A stretch of 64,000 nucleotides of DNA from Candidatus Tayloriibacteriota bacterium (GTDB lineage Bacteria > Patescibacteriota > Minisyncoccia > Phycocordibacterales > HO2-43-120): the NCBI GenBank assembly GCA_039934295.1, contig JBDTMN010000005.1, positions 921 to 64,920 of the forward strand, written 5' to 3'. Shown here in pieces: positions 30,519-41,439 of this stretch. How positions within the stretch are numbered: the stretch's first letter is position 1; the number at the start of each line of letters is the position of its first letter. The translations under genes were made by a program, and so were the position numbers. The notes below the pieces were generated by a model. That model saw only the letters and a list, made by a program, of their open reading frames with translations. It was not told where the DNA came from and searched no databases.

Positions 30519-32465
30519 CTACACCTGATGCTCAATATCCTGCTTCTTTTTTGGAATAATTCCGAAAGCGATAATAATCTTTTCGTACTCGTCTTTTTCG
30601 ATCGTTTCTACTTCAATCAACTTCGAGGCAATAGCATCGAGCGCTATTTTGTTGGTATTTAAAATATCCTGCGCCTTCGTTAAAGCTTCGCTCATGATTC
30701 GCGATACTTCGGAATCAATTTCCGCTCCCACCCTCTCCGAATATTCCTTTTCCTCAACGCCACGCCCGAAGAGCACTCTTCCGCCCTCTCCTTCGAGCGC
30801 GACAGGCCCGATTTTGTCGGACATGCCGTACCTGGTGACCATATTGCGAGCAAGCGCAGTCGAGACTTGCAAATCATTCGAAGGACCCGTTGTAATGTCC
30901 CCAAAAATCATTTTCTCTGCCACGTATCCTCCGAGGCTCATTGCAATATCGTCCAGAAATTCTCTTCGCGACTGGAGTTTTCGGTCTTCGAGAGGCAACT
31001 TCAACGTATACCCGGCCGCGCGGCCCCGAGCAATAATCGAAATTTTGTGCACTGGGTCTGCAAAGGGAAGGACCGAAGCGACCAGCGCGTGTCCAGCTTC
31101 GTGATAGGCAGTAATCTCTTTTTCTTTTTTGGAAAGTAAGTGGCTTTTACGCTCGGGGCCGAGCATCACTTTTTCAATCGCCCGAATCAAATCGAATTGC
31201 GCGACTTTTTTTCTGTCTTCCCTCGCCGCAAGGATTGCTCCTTCATTCATCAGAGAATACAAATCCGCTCCGGAAAACCCCGGTGTTCGCTCTCCAATGA
31301 GTTTCAAGTCCACGTCTTCGGCAAAAGGCTTGCCCTTCGCATGAACTTCTAGAATCGCCTCTCGGTCTTTGCGGTCCGGCAAATCAATCGTAACCCTCCG
31401 GTCAAAACGGCCCGGACGAACTAACGCCGGATCCAAAACGTCAGGACGGTTCGTCGCGGCCATCACGATCACTTTCTCATTTTGTTCAAAGCCGTCCATT
31501 TCAACGAGAATTTGGTTCAAGGTTTGTTCGCGCTCGTCGTTGCCTCCGCCCATTCCCGCACCGCGCACCCGTCCGACCGCATCAATTTCATCCATAAAAA
31601 TAATCGCCGGCGCCGCTTTTTTTGCCAGCTGGAAAAGGTCGCGCACTCGCGAAGCCCCCACACCGACAAACATTTCCACAAACTCGGAGCCAGAAATCGA
31701 GAAAAAAGCCACTCCTGCCTCCCCCGCCACGGCTCTCGCTAAAAGAGTTTTTCCTACCCCAGATGGTCCCATCAAAAGCACCCCCTTGGGTATCTTTGCC
31801 CCGATTTCCAAGAATTTTTTCGGATTTTTGAGGAAGTCCACGATTTCCGACAATTCTTCTTTGGCTTCCTTCGTCCCCGCAATATCTTTAAAAGTGACCC
31901 TCTGTTTTTTGTCATGCGGAGAAATAATTCTGGCTTTCGACTGGCCGAAAGAAAGCGCCTGCATGCCTGCGCCTTTCACCTGTCTCGAGAGAAACCAGAC
32001 GATAAAAATGATGAAGAAAATCGGCAAAAGGAACGGCGCGAGATTCACCACCCAGTAGATAAAACCTGACGGAGATTTGATTTCAATTTGGACGCCGGAA
32101 AGCGCGAGGGGAGTGGTGCCATAATTGGAGAGCGTAGCGGTAAGCGAGGCATCAGCTTCTTTTTTGCTTTCCTTTTTCTCCCCTCCTTTGTACACGATGT
32201 TCAATATATCGCCTTCAACAATAATTTTTTCGATTTTTCCCGCGCCGATATCAGTTGCGAGCTCCGAGATAGGAATCGTCGGAACCTTATTCCTCAAATC
32301 TCCAATGAACGAAGAAAAAAGCACTATAATAAAAAGAACCAGCACGGCAGTCGTAATATTGCCCGCAAAGTTATTTTTTGGAGGAAAGGGAATCAGGGGC
32401 TTTTTCCCCTTATTTTTCCTTGCGTCTTTTGATTTTTGCTTATCGTTATTGTTGAAAATATCCAT
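30519..32465 (-). CDS. ftsH: ATP-dependent zinc metalloprotease FtsH
   Basis: 2 [34 protein letters not shown]; likely start MDIFNN. Confidence 0.97.
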   Translation of the reverse strand: MDIFNNNDKQKSKDARKNKGKKPLIPFPPKNNFAGNITTAVLVLFIIVLFSSFIGDLRNKVPTIPISELATDIGAGKIEKIIVEGDILNIVYKGGEKKESKKEADASLTATLSNYGTTPLALSGVQIEIKSPSGFIYWVVNLAPFLLPIFFIIFIVWFLSRQVKGAGMQALSFGQSKARIISPHDKKQRVTFKDIAGTKEAKEELSEIVDFLKNPKKFLEIGAKIPKGVLLMGPSGVGKTLLARAVAGEAGVAFFSISGSEFVEMFVGVGASRVRDLFQLAKKAAPAIIFMDEIDAVGRVRGAGMGGGNDEREQTLNQILVEMDGFEQNEKVIVMAATNRPDVLDPALVRPGRFDRRVTIDLPDRKDREAILEVHAKGKPFAEDVDLKLIGERTPGFSGADLYSLMNEGAILAAREDRKKVAQFDLIRAIEKVMLGPERKSHLLSKKEKEITAYHEAGHALVASVLPFADPVHKISIIARGRAAGYTLKLPLEDRKLQSRREFLDDIAMSLGGYVAEKMIFGDITTGPSNDLQVSTALARNMVTRYGMSDKIGPVALEGEGGRVLFGRGVEEKEYSERVGAEIDSEVSRIMSEALTKAQDILNTNKIALDAIASKLIEVETIEKDEYEKIIIAFGIIPKKKQDIEHQV

Positions 32466-32554
32466 AGTTATTGGATTGTAACACAAAAGCTTACACGTGT
32501 AACGCTTCCGGAAAAAAGAAAAAGCAGGGTGATTAGGCCTGCTTGTTTTTTTCG

Positions 32555-33445
32555 TCACAGCAACTTGAGCACAACCAATTGGCGTTGGATGTGTCGCGCC
32601 GTTTCCTCGCTTGCTTCAAACATCGGCAAGCGAAGAGTTCCTCTGTCCCACCCTAGCTGTTTCATGGCGCATTTCACTCCAACCGGATTGCCTTCCAAGA
32701 ATAGCGATTTTGTGAATGGAAAGAGCTTCATGTGAATCGCCCTCGCCGAGACGAAGTCTCCTTTTGCTCCGGCCAGCACGAGTTCGCTTACTGCTTCAGG
32801 CACGACATTCGAAACCACACTCACCACTCCGTCCGCTCCGACCGATAGAAATGGTAGGGCAAGCGAGTCGTCGCCACAAAGAATAACGAAATCTTTCCCG
32901 AGCTTCAATCGTAGTTCCGTCACTCGATCGGTGCTCCCACCCGCTTCCTTGATACCCATAATGTTTGGATTGGCTTCGTGAAGCTTGCACACAGTGTCAA
33001 CCAAAATATCCACTCCGCACCTACCGGGAATATTGTAGAGAAAAATCGGCAGTCTGGTCGCCTTTGCCACCGCGTCAAAGTGGGCAAACAGTCCCGCCTG
33101 ACTCGGCTTGTTGTAATAGGGAGCCACCTGGAGCAAAGCGTCTGCGCCTGCCTGTTCTCCCGATTGAGCAAGAAAGATTGCTTCCTTTGTGCAATTTCCT
33201 CCTGTGCCAGCAATTACCTTGACCTTGCGTCCCGCGAATTCTACCGCAGCTTTGATTACATCAATGTGCTCATCAAAATCCAATGTCGGAGATTCCCCTG
33301 TAGTTCCGACCGGGACAATACCCGTGACTCCCCCTGCGATTTGCCGGGAAATTTGTTCGGCAAACCGTCCCCGGTCAAATTGATTTCGATTGTCAAAGGG
33401 CGTAATAAGCGCCGTATAAACACCAGCGAATGTTTCAGGGTACAT
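32555..33445 (-). CDS. dapA: 4-hydroxy-tetrahydrodipicolinate synthase
   Basis: TALITPF, GTTGESPTL, PYYNKP, LYNIPGR, GIKEA; likely start MYPETF. Confidence 0.92.
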   Translation of the reverse strand: MYPETFAGVYTALITPFDNRNQFDRGRFAEQISRQIAGGVTGIVPVGTTGESPTLDFDEHIDVIKAAVEFAGRKVKVIAGTGGNCTKEAIFLAQSGEQAGADALLQVAPYYNKPSQAGLFAHFDAVAKATRLPIFLYNIPGRCGVDILVDTVCKLHEANPNIMGIKEAGGSTDRVTELRLKLGKDFVILCGDDSLALPFLSVGADGVVSVVSNVVPEAVSELVLAGAKGDFVSARAIHMKLFPFTKSLFLEGNPVGVKCAMKQLGWDRGTLRLPMFEASEETARHIQRQLVVLKLL

Positions 33446-33793
33446 GAGTGACCTTTCTATTTGTACTATTTTCGAACAGTCTCGCGACTCAAACGAAACA
33501 AGCCCCGCTTTAGGGCTTGTTTTTATCATCATTATGAGTCGGCGTGGGAAATTAATAACAAAAACAAACCCTAAAGTGAGTTGAGATTTTCTTGTCCTTC
33601 TTTACATTTTGTACCTGTATTCGATTCATTGCGTATACTCTATATGAACTCAATAAAATAATCAAGGAGCAATGAGTGTAACGCGCAGCGTGTAACGTGT
33701 AACGTCTGAGAAAAACAATTACCTTTCCTCTCATGTTGCACTTCTGATTCCATGCATTTTGCGCTACACTTCAGATACTGTTATGATTTTTCC

Positions 33794-34240
33794 ATGCAAA
33801 GTCTTATCGAAAACAAACGAATACACCTCGATTACGAAATCCTGGAAAAATTCGATGCGGGCATCGAGCTTTTTGGCTTTGAAGTAAAATCTCTCAAAAA
33901 CAGACTTGGGTCTCTCTTGGGCGCCCATGTAACGATACGAGGCGGCGAAGCATATGTTATTAATTCTTTTATCCCAGCATACCAAGAAAAAAATGCTCCA
34001 AAAGAGTATGACCCAAGGCGCAATCGCAGGCTTTTGCTTACCCGAAATGAGATCGAGCGCCTCGCCGAGATTGAAGGAAAAAAGGGGTTGACAATAGTAC
34101 CAGTTTCGGTATATAATAAAGAGCGTAAGATAAAGGTAAGTATAGCCGTCGTAAGAGGCAAGAAGAAATACGACAAACGGGAGGATTTGAAAAAGAAGCA
34201 GTCAGAGAGAGACATACGCAGAGAACATAAAGAACGTTGA
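33794..34240 (+). CDS. smpB: SsrA-binding protein
   Basis: ENKR, AGIELFGFEVKSL, RRLLL, GKKKYDKRE. Confidence 0.96.
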   Translation: MQSLIENKRIHLDYEILEKFDAGIELFGFEVKSLKNRLGSLLGAHVTIRGGEAYVINSFIPAYQEKNAPKEYDPRRNRRLLLTRNEIERLAEIEGKKGLTIVPVSVYNKERKIKVSIAVVRGKKKYDKREDLKKKQSERDIRREHKER

Positions 34241-34245
34241 AAAAT

Positions 34246-34649
34246 GGGGATGATCGGTCTAGACAGCTGATTTACTCTCAAATATGCAAAGTAGAGCACC
34301 GTTACCTCTTAAATCTGACGGAAATTCTAAGCGCAAAAAACTTAGTTACAAGAGCAAAATTAGCCGTTTCTCCCTATTTTAGGGCAAACGACTTTGCTTT
34401 CGCTTACGCTTTAGCCTAAGCGACGCTTCATATCCCAACTTCCGATAGGGATACGTAAGTGTAATATATTCGGAATGGGATAGATGGTCGTCTCGCTCTC
34501 TATCCGAAACTAAGAGACTCGATCACTACATATTTTGTTTGCTTTAAGCGCAGTGATTTAAATCTGCTTCGGCAGGAAAAAACAGACTACACTTTGTAGA
34601 AATATTAGAGAGCGTCAGTTGCACCCGAGTTCGATTCTCGGCATCTCCA
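34246..34649 (+). ncRNA. ssrA: tmRNA
   Basis: GGGGATG/CATCTCC-A acceptor stem, T arm CCGAGTTCGATTCTCGG, tag ORF 34333-34419 ending FAYALA; adjacent to smpB. Confidence 0.93.
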
Positions 34650-34669
34650 CAAAAATAACGAGCTCTCTT

Positions 34670-34785
34670 AGAGCGACTATATTTTTGTAGGACTCAGTTT
34701 TCGTTTCGAAAACGGAGTATCACAAAAGAGCGACTATATTTTTGTAGGACTCAGTTTTTGTCTTCAAAAACTGAATATCACAAAA
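34670..34785. repeat. Two ~58 bp tandem hairpin units after tmRNA
   Basis: AGAGCGACTATATTTTTGTAGGACTCAGTTTT...TATCACAAAA occurs twice. Confidence 0.85.
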
Positions 34786-34823
34786 TAAAATCACCCCTGC
34801 AGGGGTGATTTTATTTTGTGATA
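34776..34823. terminator. 48 bp perfect palindrome between convergent tmRNA and secF, probable bidirectional terminator
   Basis: TATCACAAAATAAAATCACCCCTG|CAGGGGTGATTTTATTTTGTGATA. Confidence 0.7.
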
Positions 34824-34953
34824 GACGTTTCTCCCCTTGCAATAAATCGGTCTGAATTTAACCCTCGAATCTAAATTTACAATCACAATCTATTTCTTCC
34901 GATTCTGCCATCCCAGTAGTAGAGCGAAGCTCACTACGGAGCAAGCTTTTAAA

Positions 34954-35889
34954 CTATTTATTTTTTCGGTTTTGCCAACGTTCAACTGTAACTAACAAGG
35001 GACTCCCTAAGAAAATCGACGAATAGGTTCCGACGGCAATACCAACAATTAAGACAAGAGAAAAATGTTGAGTAACTTCCGCGCCAACAAAATAGAGGAC
35101 AATGAGTGCCAAGAGAGTCGTCAAAGATGTGTTGATTGAACGGGTAAATGTCTGGCTTATGCTTTCCCCAACAACGGTTTCAAATGCTTTCTTCTGCTTA
35201 TGCTCATGATTTAATCTCAAATTTTCTCGAACTCGGTCAAACACGACAATCGTATCGTGAATGGAAAAACCTAAGACGACCAGGAGCGCGGTCACAAACA
35301 GCGTATCAACCTCGTAACCCAAAAAATGCCCGAGAACAACGAACACGCCGGTAGGAATCGCCACATCGTGGAAGAGAGCGAGAATAGCGATGATTCCGTA
35401 CTTCCATGAAGAAACCCGTCCGACCGTGTCATCCGGGCGGACCGGCTCCGATACCTTCCTGAAAGCAAAAGTGATAAAAAGAACAATACAGAGAAGGACG
35501 AACACAATCGACACGAGAGCCTTATTGGCCGCTTCACGGCCGAGGAGAGGTCCGATAGTGTTAAAACGCTTTTCGATAAATGGCTTGGTGTTCCCAAAAG
35601 AGAGAGTTTTGATTATTGAGACATGCTCTTTTTCCTCAATGGTTTTCATGCGCATAATGTAGCCCTTATCACCGGTGGGACGGATGTTTTCATTCAAAGA
35701 CATCGGAGCAAGCGCTGTATGAATTTCGTCCACAGATGGCCGGTTCTCCCTGTATTCAACTTCGAGAATCGTCCCCCCTTTGAAATCCACACCCAAGGTA
35801 AGCCCCCACGAAAAAAGCAAAACGATGGAGGCCAAAACCAAAAGCCCGGAGATGGTGTAAAATATTTTTCTGTATTTAACTATGAACAT
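34954..35889 (-). CDS. secF: Protein translocase subunit SecF
   Basis: LGVDFKGG, HDVAI, GFSIHDTIVVFDRVRE, RSINTS, GTYSSIF. Confidence 0.96.
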   Translation of the reverse strand: MFIVKYRKIFYTISGLLVLASIVLLFSWGLTLGVDFKGGTILEVEYRENRPSVDEIHTALAPMSLNENIRPTGDKGYIMRMKTIEEKEHVSIIKTLSFGNTKPFIEKRFNTIGPLLGREAANKALVSIVFVLLCIVLFITFAFRKVSEPVRPDDTVGRVSSWKYGIIAILALFHDVAIPTGVFVVLGHFLGYEVDTLFVTALLVVLGFSIHDTIVVFDRVRENLRLNHEHKQKKAFETVVGESISQTFTRSINTSLTTLLALIVLYFVGAEVTQHFSLVLIVGIAVGTYSSIFLGSPLLVTVERWQNRKNK

Positions 35890-36009
35890 GATTATTAGAG
35901 ATACCAATATACGAATAAATACCTAATATACAAATGGTTACGAATAAGAAATTAGATTTAGATTATTAGTATTCATTGGTATATCGCATTCATTAGTATA
36001 TTTGTATGT

Positions 36010-37338
36010 TTACCTTCGAAATCCATTCCCGAATAAAAATCTCGCTGCCCTGCCGTCTTTCCATTGGATGGCCTTCAGGAATGTGCGGGAGACGGTGATT
36101 GCGGTGAACATGGAGACCAGGACGCCAATTCCGAAAACCAAGGCAAATCCTTTAATAATGGAAGTGGATGCAAACATAAAAAGAATGGTGGCAGTAATAA
36201 TGCTCGAAAGGTTGCTGTCACGGATGGAAAGCCACGCTCTTTTGAATCCTTCGTCAATCGCATCGTGGAGATTTTTCCCCCGCTTCAATTCTTCCTTCAT
36301 TCTTTCGAATATGAGAATGTTCGCGTCCACCGCCATACCGATGGAAAGAATAAATCCGGCAATTCCGGCGGCGGTTAAGGTTACCGGAATCAGCTTGAAA
36401 AGCGCAAGGTTCAAAATCGTGTAAATAATGAGTGCGCACGAGGCAATCACTCCCGGCAAACGATACCAAATAATCAAGAAAAGTACGATGACCAAAAAGG
36501 CGATAATTCCCGCTCGCACGCCCGCCGTCTTTGCTTCTTCACCGAGCGAGGCGCCGATGGTTTGCGTAGAAATAAGCTCAATCGGCACCGGCAGTGCTCC
36601 ATAATTTAAGTCGCGAACAAGAAGTTTTGCTTCTTCTGGCGTGAAGCTACCGGTAATCTGGGCTTTACCCGAGACGATTTCATCTCGAATGACTGGGCTT
36701 GAAATTATTTTTCCATCAAGAAATATCGCCAGGACCTTTCCAATATTTTCTTTAGTGATTTTAGCGAACAACGTTGACCCTTCATCATTGAAGACCAGAG
36801 ATACTATGGGCTCGTTGGTTCGGGGCTCGAATTCCAATTGAGATCTCTCAAGGAGTCTTCCGGTAAGACCGGTACTCGTAAAAAGATCGGCAGGTGTGGT
36901 AGAAGAATTTGATTTGCTTGCTGCTTTCGCCACTTCTTCATTCAAAAGTTTAAATTCCAAAACGGGCGTCTTCCCGATGAGTTCAATCGCCTTCCCGACA
37001 TCGGAAATTCCAGGCAACTCAACGATGAGTTTGTGCTCTTCCTTTCCGCTAAAAGACCCCCCTTCAACCTCCACTAGTGGCTCGGATACGCCGAACAAAT
37101 TGACCCTCGTTTCAATCACGTCCCGAAGGGCTTCCATAGAACTCCCCACGTCGCCTGCGCCAATTTCTGATACATCAGCACGATACACCAGATGGCTTCC
37201 GCCGGAGAGGTCGAGGCCCAGTTTAAAAGGAAATCCTGAAACAACCGATTGCGTGTTCACTTCAGATGAGTACACAAAAAAGCCGAGAAACGCTCCCGCC
37301 AAAAGAAGAACTAGAGCCATGATTCTGATTCGCGCCAT
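36010..37338 (-). CDS. secD: Protein translocase subunit SecD
   Basis: LGLDLSGG, RVNLFGVSEP, GALPVP, GMAVDANILIFER. Confidence 0.96.
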   Translation of the reverse strand: MARIRIMALVLLLAGAFLGFFVYSSEVNTQSVVSGFPFKLGLDLSGGSHLVYRADVSEIGAGDVGSSMEALRDVIETRVNLFGVSEPLVEVEGGSFSGKEEHKLIVELPGISDVGKAIELIGKTPVLEFKLLNEEVAKAASKSNSSTTPADLFTSTGLTGRLLERSQLEFEPRTNEPIVSLVFNDEGSTLFAKITKENIGKVLAIFLDGKIISSPVIRDEIVSGKAQITGSFTPEEAKLLVRDLNYGALPVPIELISTQTIGASLGEEAKTAGVRAGIIAFLVIVLFLIIWYRLPGVIASCALIIYTILNLALFKLIPVTLTAAGIAGFILSIGMAVDANILIFERMKEELKRGKNLHDAIDEGFKRAWLSIRDSNLSSIITATILFMFASTSIIKGFALVFGIGVLVSMFTAITVSRTFLKAIQWKDGRAARFLFGNGFRR

Positions 37339-37573
37339 AAAATTAAATCATCTGACTTGCCATATTGATATCGGAATTATAGGGATTTTAGGAGAAAAAG
37401 CAACCGCATTCGTGTAATGTAAAACGTGTGAAGCGACGCACTTTAAGTTGGCTAATTCCAGAAATAACCCCACTTGCTGTTCACGAGCTCAGCGCCTTTT
37501 TGATGACCTTTCCGGGTTTCATCTGGACTCGTCCCTAATCACATTATACTATTTTTTCCGGATTTCCCACTTC

Positions 37574-38905
37574 TTATTTCTTGTAGCGACTTACCGAAGA
37601 ATCTTCAGGAAGAGGTAGCGAAGACTTTATAGTATCAATAAGCTGTTCTTTTTTCATGTTCATTTCATTGTTGAGCGCATGGGCTCTTTTATCTAGTCCC
37701 ATAACAAGACCGGTCATTCTTTGCTTTCTTTCATTGCTCTGATAAATCCAGGTGACAATATTTTTTTGATGTCCAACAAGATTATATTTACTTCCGTCAC
37801 CCTCGAATTGAGAGGGTAGTTCAACTGGTGTTCCGTACCAGGCAAAATTTAAGGCGTCCCTAAAACGCATTTCTGCACGATCTAGATCGGTTAGTCCATG
37901 GATAAGAGCTTCCCCACCTTGAGACGGATTCCAGATTTTAGAATGAACAATCTTCATTTCATTTAACAGTCTTCGCTGTTCTTCTCGATCCCGATTTTGC
38001 TTTTCTTCTTTTTTAATCCAATATGTTTTCCCCATGAGATCGTCGAACTGCTGATGCAACAGGGAGTAGTTTTTAAGAAATTCTTTTCCTTGAGGTGTGT
38101 CCCCCTTTAACATCGAAGTCCATTTGTCGTATTCGCGTATAAGTGATGAAGCGGCGTCCTCTAATCTCTTTGATTCTTCTTCTACAGCTTTTTTCTGAAT
38201 TAACTCGATTTGTTGCTCGTATTTTTCTTGGCTTTCAGCGTTCCGTCTCACTCTCTCCTCGGTTACCGCCTGTCTCAATTCTGGTTCCGCCACCCCCAGA
38301 GTCGTGTCAGGACGTTCGGGTAGTTTTTTGGACTCAAGAACTTGTTTTGTCCCAAACTCATAGGCGTCTTGAGCCGCCATATCTTGCTCTGATGCGAAAC
38401 CTTTCCACTTTTTAGCCGATTCCTCGTCTTTCTGATAAAGCTGGCTTTTTTGAGATTGCAATTCTATTTTTTTTGTTTCGATATCTTCTTTTATTTTAAC
38501 AAGTGCCCCCTTTGCTTCCACGAGTATTTCTTTCGACGCAAACTCTCCCAGTTCTACCATAGTTTTTTCTAATTGAATCGCCTCTTTTTCTTTTTCTCTG
38601 ATGGAATTACTCAATTCCCATAATGCGCCTTCATCGCGATGTTTTCTGAGCTCCTTTTCATATGCATCGGGCATTTTGCCTACTTGCGAAGACCCATGCA
38701 TCATTTTACCCGTCGCTCTTGAAAGTTTTTCATTCCCTTCAGCCATTGTGACTGCTTCTAGTGCCATGCGTTTTAGATGAGCTCGATGCGTTTCATCTTT
38801 TGTTTCTTTTGTTTGCCGTGCCCCCTCCGCCGACTCTTTAAGCTTTTGTATGAGCTCCGCTACATTTGGAGTCTCCGAAGGAAAATTTTTTTCAATATTC
38901 GACAT
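37574..38905 (-). CDS. Hypothetical coiled-coil protein
   Basis: 443 aa E/K-rich ORF, no recognisable motif. Confidence 0.75.
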   Translation of the reverse strand: MSNIEKNFPSETPNVAELIQKLKESAEGARQTKETKDETHRAHLKRMALEAVTMAEGNEKLSRATGKMMHGSSQVGKMPDAYEKELRKHRDEGALWELSNSIREKEKEAIQLEKTMVELGEFASKEILVEAKGALVKIKEDIETKKIELQSQKSQLYQKDEESAKKWKGFASEQDMAAQDAYEFGTKQVLESKKLPERPDTTLGVAEPELRQAVTEERVRRNAESQEKYEQQIELIQKKAVEEESKRLEDAASSLIREYDKWTSMLKGDTPQGKEFLKNYSLLHQQFDDLMGKTYWIKKEEKQNRDREEQRRLLNEMKIVHSKIWNPSQGGEALIHGLTDLDRAEMRFRDALNFAWYGTPVELPSQFEGDGSKYNLVGHQKNIVTWIYQSNERKQRMTGLVMGLDKRAHALNNEMNMKKEQLIDTIKSSLPLPEDSSVSRYKK

Positions 38906-39108
38906 AATAGTTTTTTATTCTGATAATGACTAATTAATTTCTTTTTTTAGGCGTTACTGATACAAGTAGTGCATTGCGCTCTATCGTCAGTACTTCGCGA
39001 GAGAATGGGCCGTTTTCAAAACTTTTTTTCATACATTGTGATTCGTGTTTTCTAGTAATGAATCCTAATTATAATGTAATGTATCTGCGTTTCCTAACTG
39101 CTGAACCC

Positions 39109-40008
39109 CTACATTTTCTTCAACTCCTCAATTCCCTCCTCAAACTTTATTTCGGGCGTCCAGCCAAGAAGTTTCTTCGCCAGCGCTGTGTCCGCAAGTG
39201 TGTTTTTTGGCTCGAGGCGGGCGGGAATAAACTTTACCGCACCTCCGATAATCTCGGCAACTTGGAGCACCGATCGGTTTTTTCCCCCACCCACATTGAT
39301 TACTTCCCCTCTCCCTACTCGGGTACTTTCCATCGAAAGCAAGTTCGCCCGAACCACATCACGAACATGAGTGAAATCTCGCGTCTGCTTGCCATCTCCT
39401 GTTATGGTCATCGGTTTCCCTTCGCTTTTCAGTTTCAAAAACTTGGCAACCACTAAAGCATACGCTCCCTCATGGCTCTGTCTCGGACCATAGACGTTGA
39501 AATAGCGGAGTGACACAGTTGGCAGTTTGTAGACCTCGCTCCAGAGCTTCATATACAACTCGCCAATATATTTCTGAAGACCGTACGGACTTTTGGGGTT
39601 GGCAATCATCTTCTCCTTCAAGGGCAAAGTTTTCTGGTCTCCGTATGCCGAGCTCGAAGCGGAATAGATAACTCTTTTTATCTTGTGCTTATGCGAAGCG
39701 ATAAGGACATTCAAAGTCCCTCCGACATTTGCTTCATTGGTCTCGCTCGGATGCTCGATCGAAAACTGAACGCGGGGAAGTGCGGCAAGATGAAAAACGT
39801 ATTCCGCATTCTTGAAAATCGGGTCAATGCCCGCCAAATCAGTGATATTTTTGTTGTGAAAAATAGCTTCCGAATTTACATTTACTTTTTTTCCTTGAGA
39901 AAGATCGTCAATGACATGAACTTCAAAACCGCGCTCGAGAAGCGCGTCCGAGAGATGCGACCCGATGAATCCGGCTCCGCCGGTGACTATTACTTTTACT
40001 TTTTTCAT
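39109..40008 (-). CDS. NAD-dependent nucleotide-sugar epimerase/dehydratase
   Basis: TGGAGFIGS, ASSSSAYG, SPYGLQK, LRYFNVYGP. Confidence 0.92.
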   Translation of the reverse strand: MKKVKVIVTGGAGFIGSHLSDALLERGFEVHVIDDLSQGKKVNVNSEAIFHNKNITDLAGIDPIFKNAEYVFHLAALPRVQFSIEHPSETNEANVGGTLNVLIASHKHKIKRVIYSASSSAYGDQKTLPLKEKMIANPKSPYGLQKYIGELYMKLWSEVYKLPTVSLRYFNVYGPRQSHEGAYALVVAKFLKLKSEGKPMTITGDGKQTRDFTHVRDVVRANLLSMESTRVGRGEVINVGGGKNRSVLQVAEIIGGAVKFIPARLEPKNTLADTALAKKLLGWTPEIKFEEGIEELKKM

Positions 40009-40095
40009 ATTTTTAGTACGAAATATCAATTATTCCTGGATCCCTCGATTAATCTGGATCCCCGTCTTCACGGGGATGACGAAATAAGAATTTCG

Positions 40096-41439
40096 TCACT
40101 TCCCTACAAACGATAACAAAATTTTTACTGTTCGCAAAGCAATCTTGAGGTCAAGCAAGAAAGAGCGATTTTTTATGTAGTACAAATCATAGGCAAGTTT
40201 GTTGCGCGTCTCCTCTCTGCCAATCTCATGGTGGGCATGAAGACTGTCATTTATCTGCGCCCACCCTGAAAGTCCCGGCTTTATGAGATGGCGAATACGG
40301 TAGTAGGAAATTTCCTTCTCATACAGCCTCACTCCCGACAGAAGTTCGGGGCGAGGACCAATGAGAGACAGGTAGCCCGCAATGACGTTTGCAAGCTGGG
40401 GAAGTTCATCCAAACGGGTTCTGCGCAAGAATAAGCCAACTCGAGTGACCCTGTTATCACTTGCCTTTCCCAGATCGGTTTCATTTCGTGACATTGTTCG
40501 AAATTTATACACACGTATTACACGGTCATTCTGTCCGACGCGATCTTGAACGATAAAAGCCGGCCCTCTTGTATCCAGCTTAATCGCGATAATAATAAAC
40601 GGATAAAACGGCACGGAGAGAACGAGAGCAACAGCACCCAAGACAATGTCCAAAATTCTCTTCAAAAAGTCGTAAGTCTTCCTCGGTAAAAGAGAAATAT
40701 TCTCGAGAATCCACTGATCGCGTATTAGTGAAAGGGGCAGGCGGTCAAATATGTTCTCATAGAGAACGTCCATTTCCAGAAATTGCACGCCTCCAAAAAG
40801 GAGCGGGTACAAATGAGGGAGAATGGGAGTGATTTTTTCGTTTTTGAAATCAATGATAATGTAAGAAACTTGGGTAAAAGAAACTTTCTTCATTATTGCA
40901 TCTTTCAAGTCCGGTCCTAGAATCTTTTCGAGATCAATGAAAGAAGAAATATGCATACCGTATCTTGGATTAGCATTTATTTCCTTTTGAAGCTCTCGCG
41001 CCTCTTTACCCGAGGAGATGAGCATAGTATTCTGCTTTTTCCGATAGCTCGCCAATCGATACCCGTACCGTCTCCAGAAAAAAACAAGAAAAAAGGATAT
41101 GAAGAGAGTGCCAAATAGATTCGTCTTCGGAGTAATCCCGAACGAAGGAATGAGATAGAAAAAAAGAACGGCGATTATGCTGTTCACTACCTCCGAGTGA
41201 AATACGATGGAGGGCAATTTTCCTTTAAGAAGCGTTGTGTGGCGGTCGTAGAGCCCGGCGATGAAGAAAACGAGTACCCAGACAAGAAAGAGAATGGAAA
41301 AGGGTCGCAAGTGCGACTCAAAAATGTGCAAAAATTCTCCCTGATAGCGCACTAGAAGTGTAATCAAAAGCGATAAGAAAAAAATGAAAATATCGCCAAC
41401 AAAAAGAATGACGGCTTCTTTTTTATTGAGAATAGGCAT
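40096..41439 (-). CDS. Polyprenyl-phosphate sugar phosphotransferase (WcaJ/WbaP family)
   Basis: N-terminal TMs, KRILD, YKFRTM, LDELPQ, GPRPE, KPGLSGWAQ, YDLYY; likely start MPILNK. Confidence 0.92.
   Translation of the reverse strand: MPILNKKEAVILFVGDIFIFFLSLLITLLVRYQGEFLHIFESHLRPFSILFLVWVLVFFIAGLYDRHTTLLKGKLPSIVFHSEVVNSIIAVLFFYLIPSFGITPKTNLFGTLFISFFLVFFWRRYGYRLASYRKKQNTMLISSGKEARELQKEINANPRYGMHISSFIDLEKILGPDLKDAIMKKVSFTQVSYIIIDFKNEKITPILPHLYPLLFGGVQFLEMDVLYENIFDRLPLSLIRDQWILENISLLPRKTYDFLKRILDIVLGAVALVLSVPFYPFIIIAIKLDTRGPAFIVQDRVGQNDRVIRVYKFRTMSRNETDLGKASDNRVTRVGLFLRRTRLDELPQLANVIAGYLSLIGPRPELLSGVRLYEKEISYYRIRHLIKPGLSGWAQINDSLHAHHEIGREETRNKLAYDLYYIKNRSFLLDLKIALRTVKILLSFVGK

Noticed and set aside
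34237-34419. 60 aa ORF after smpB
   Set aside because: It is the tmRNA 5' region plus tag frame
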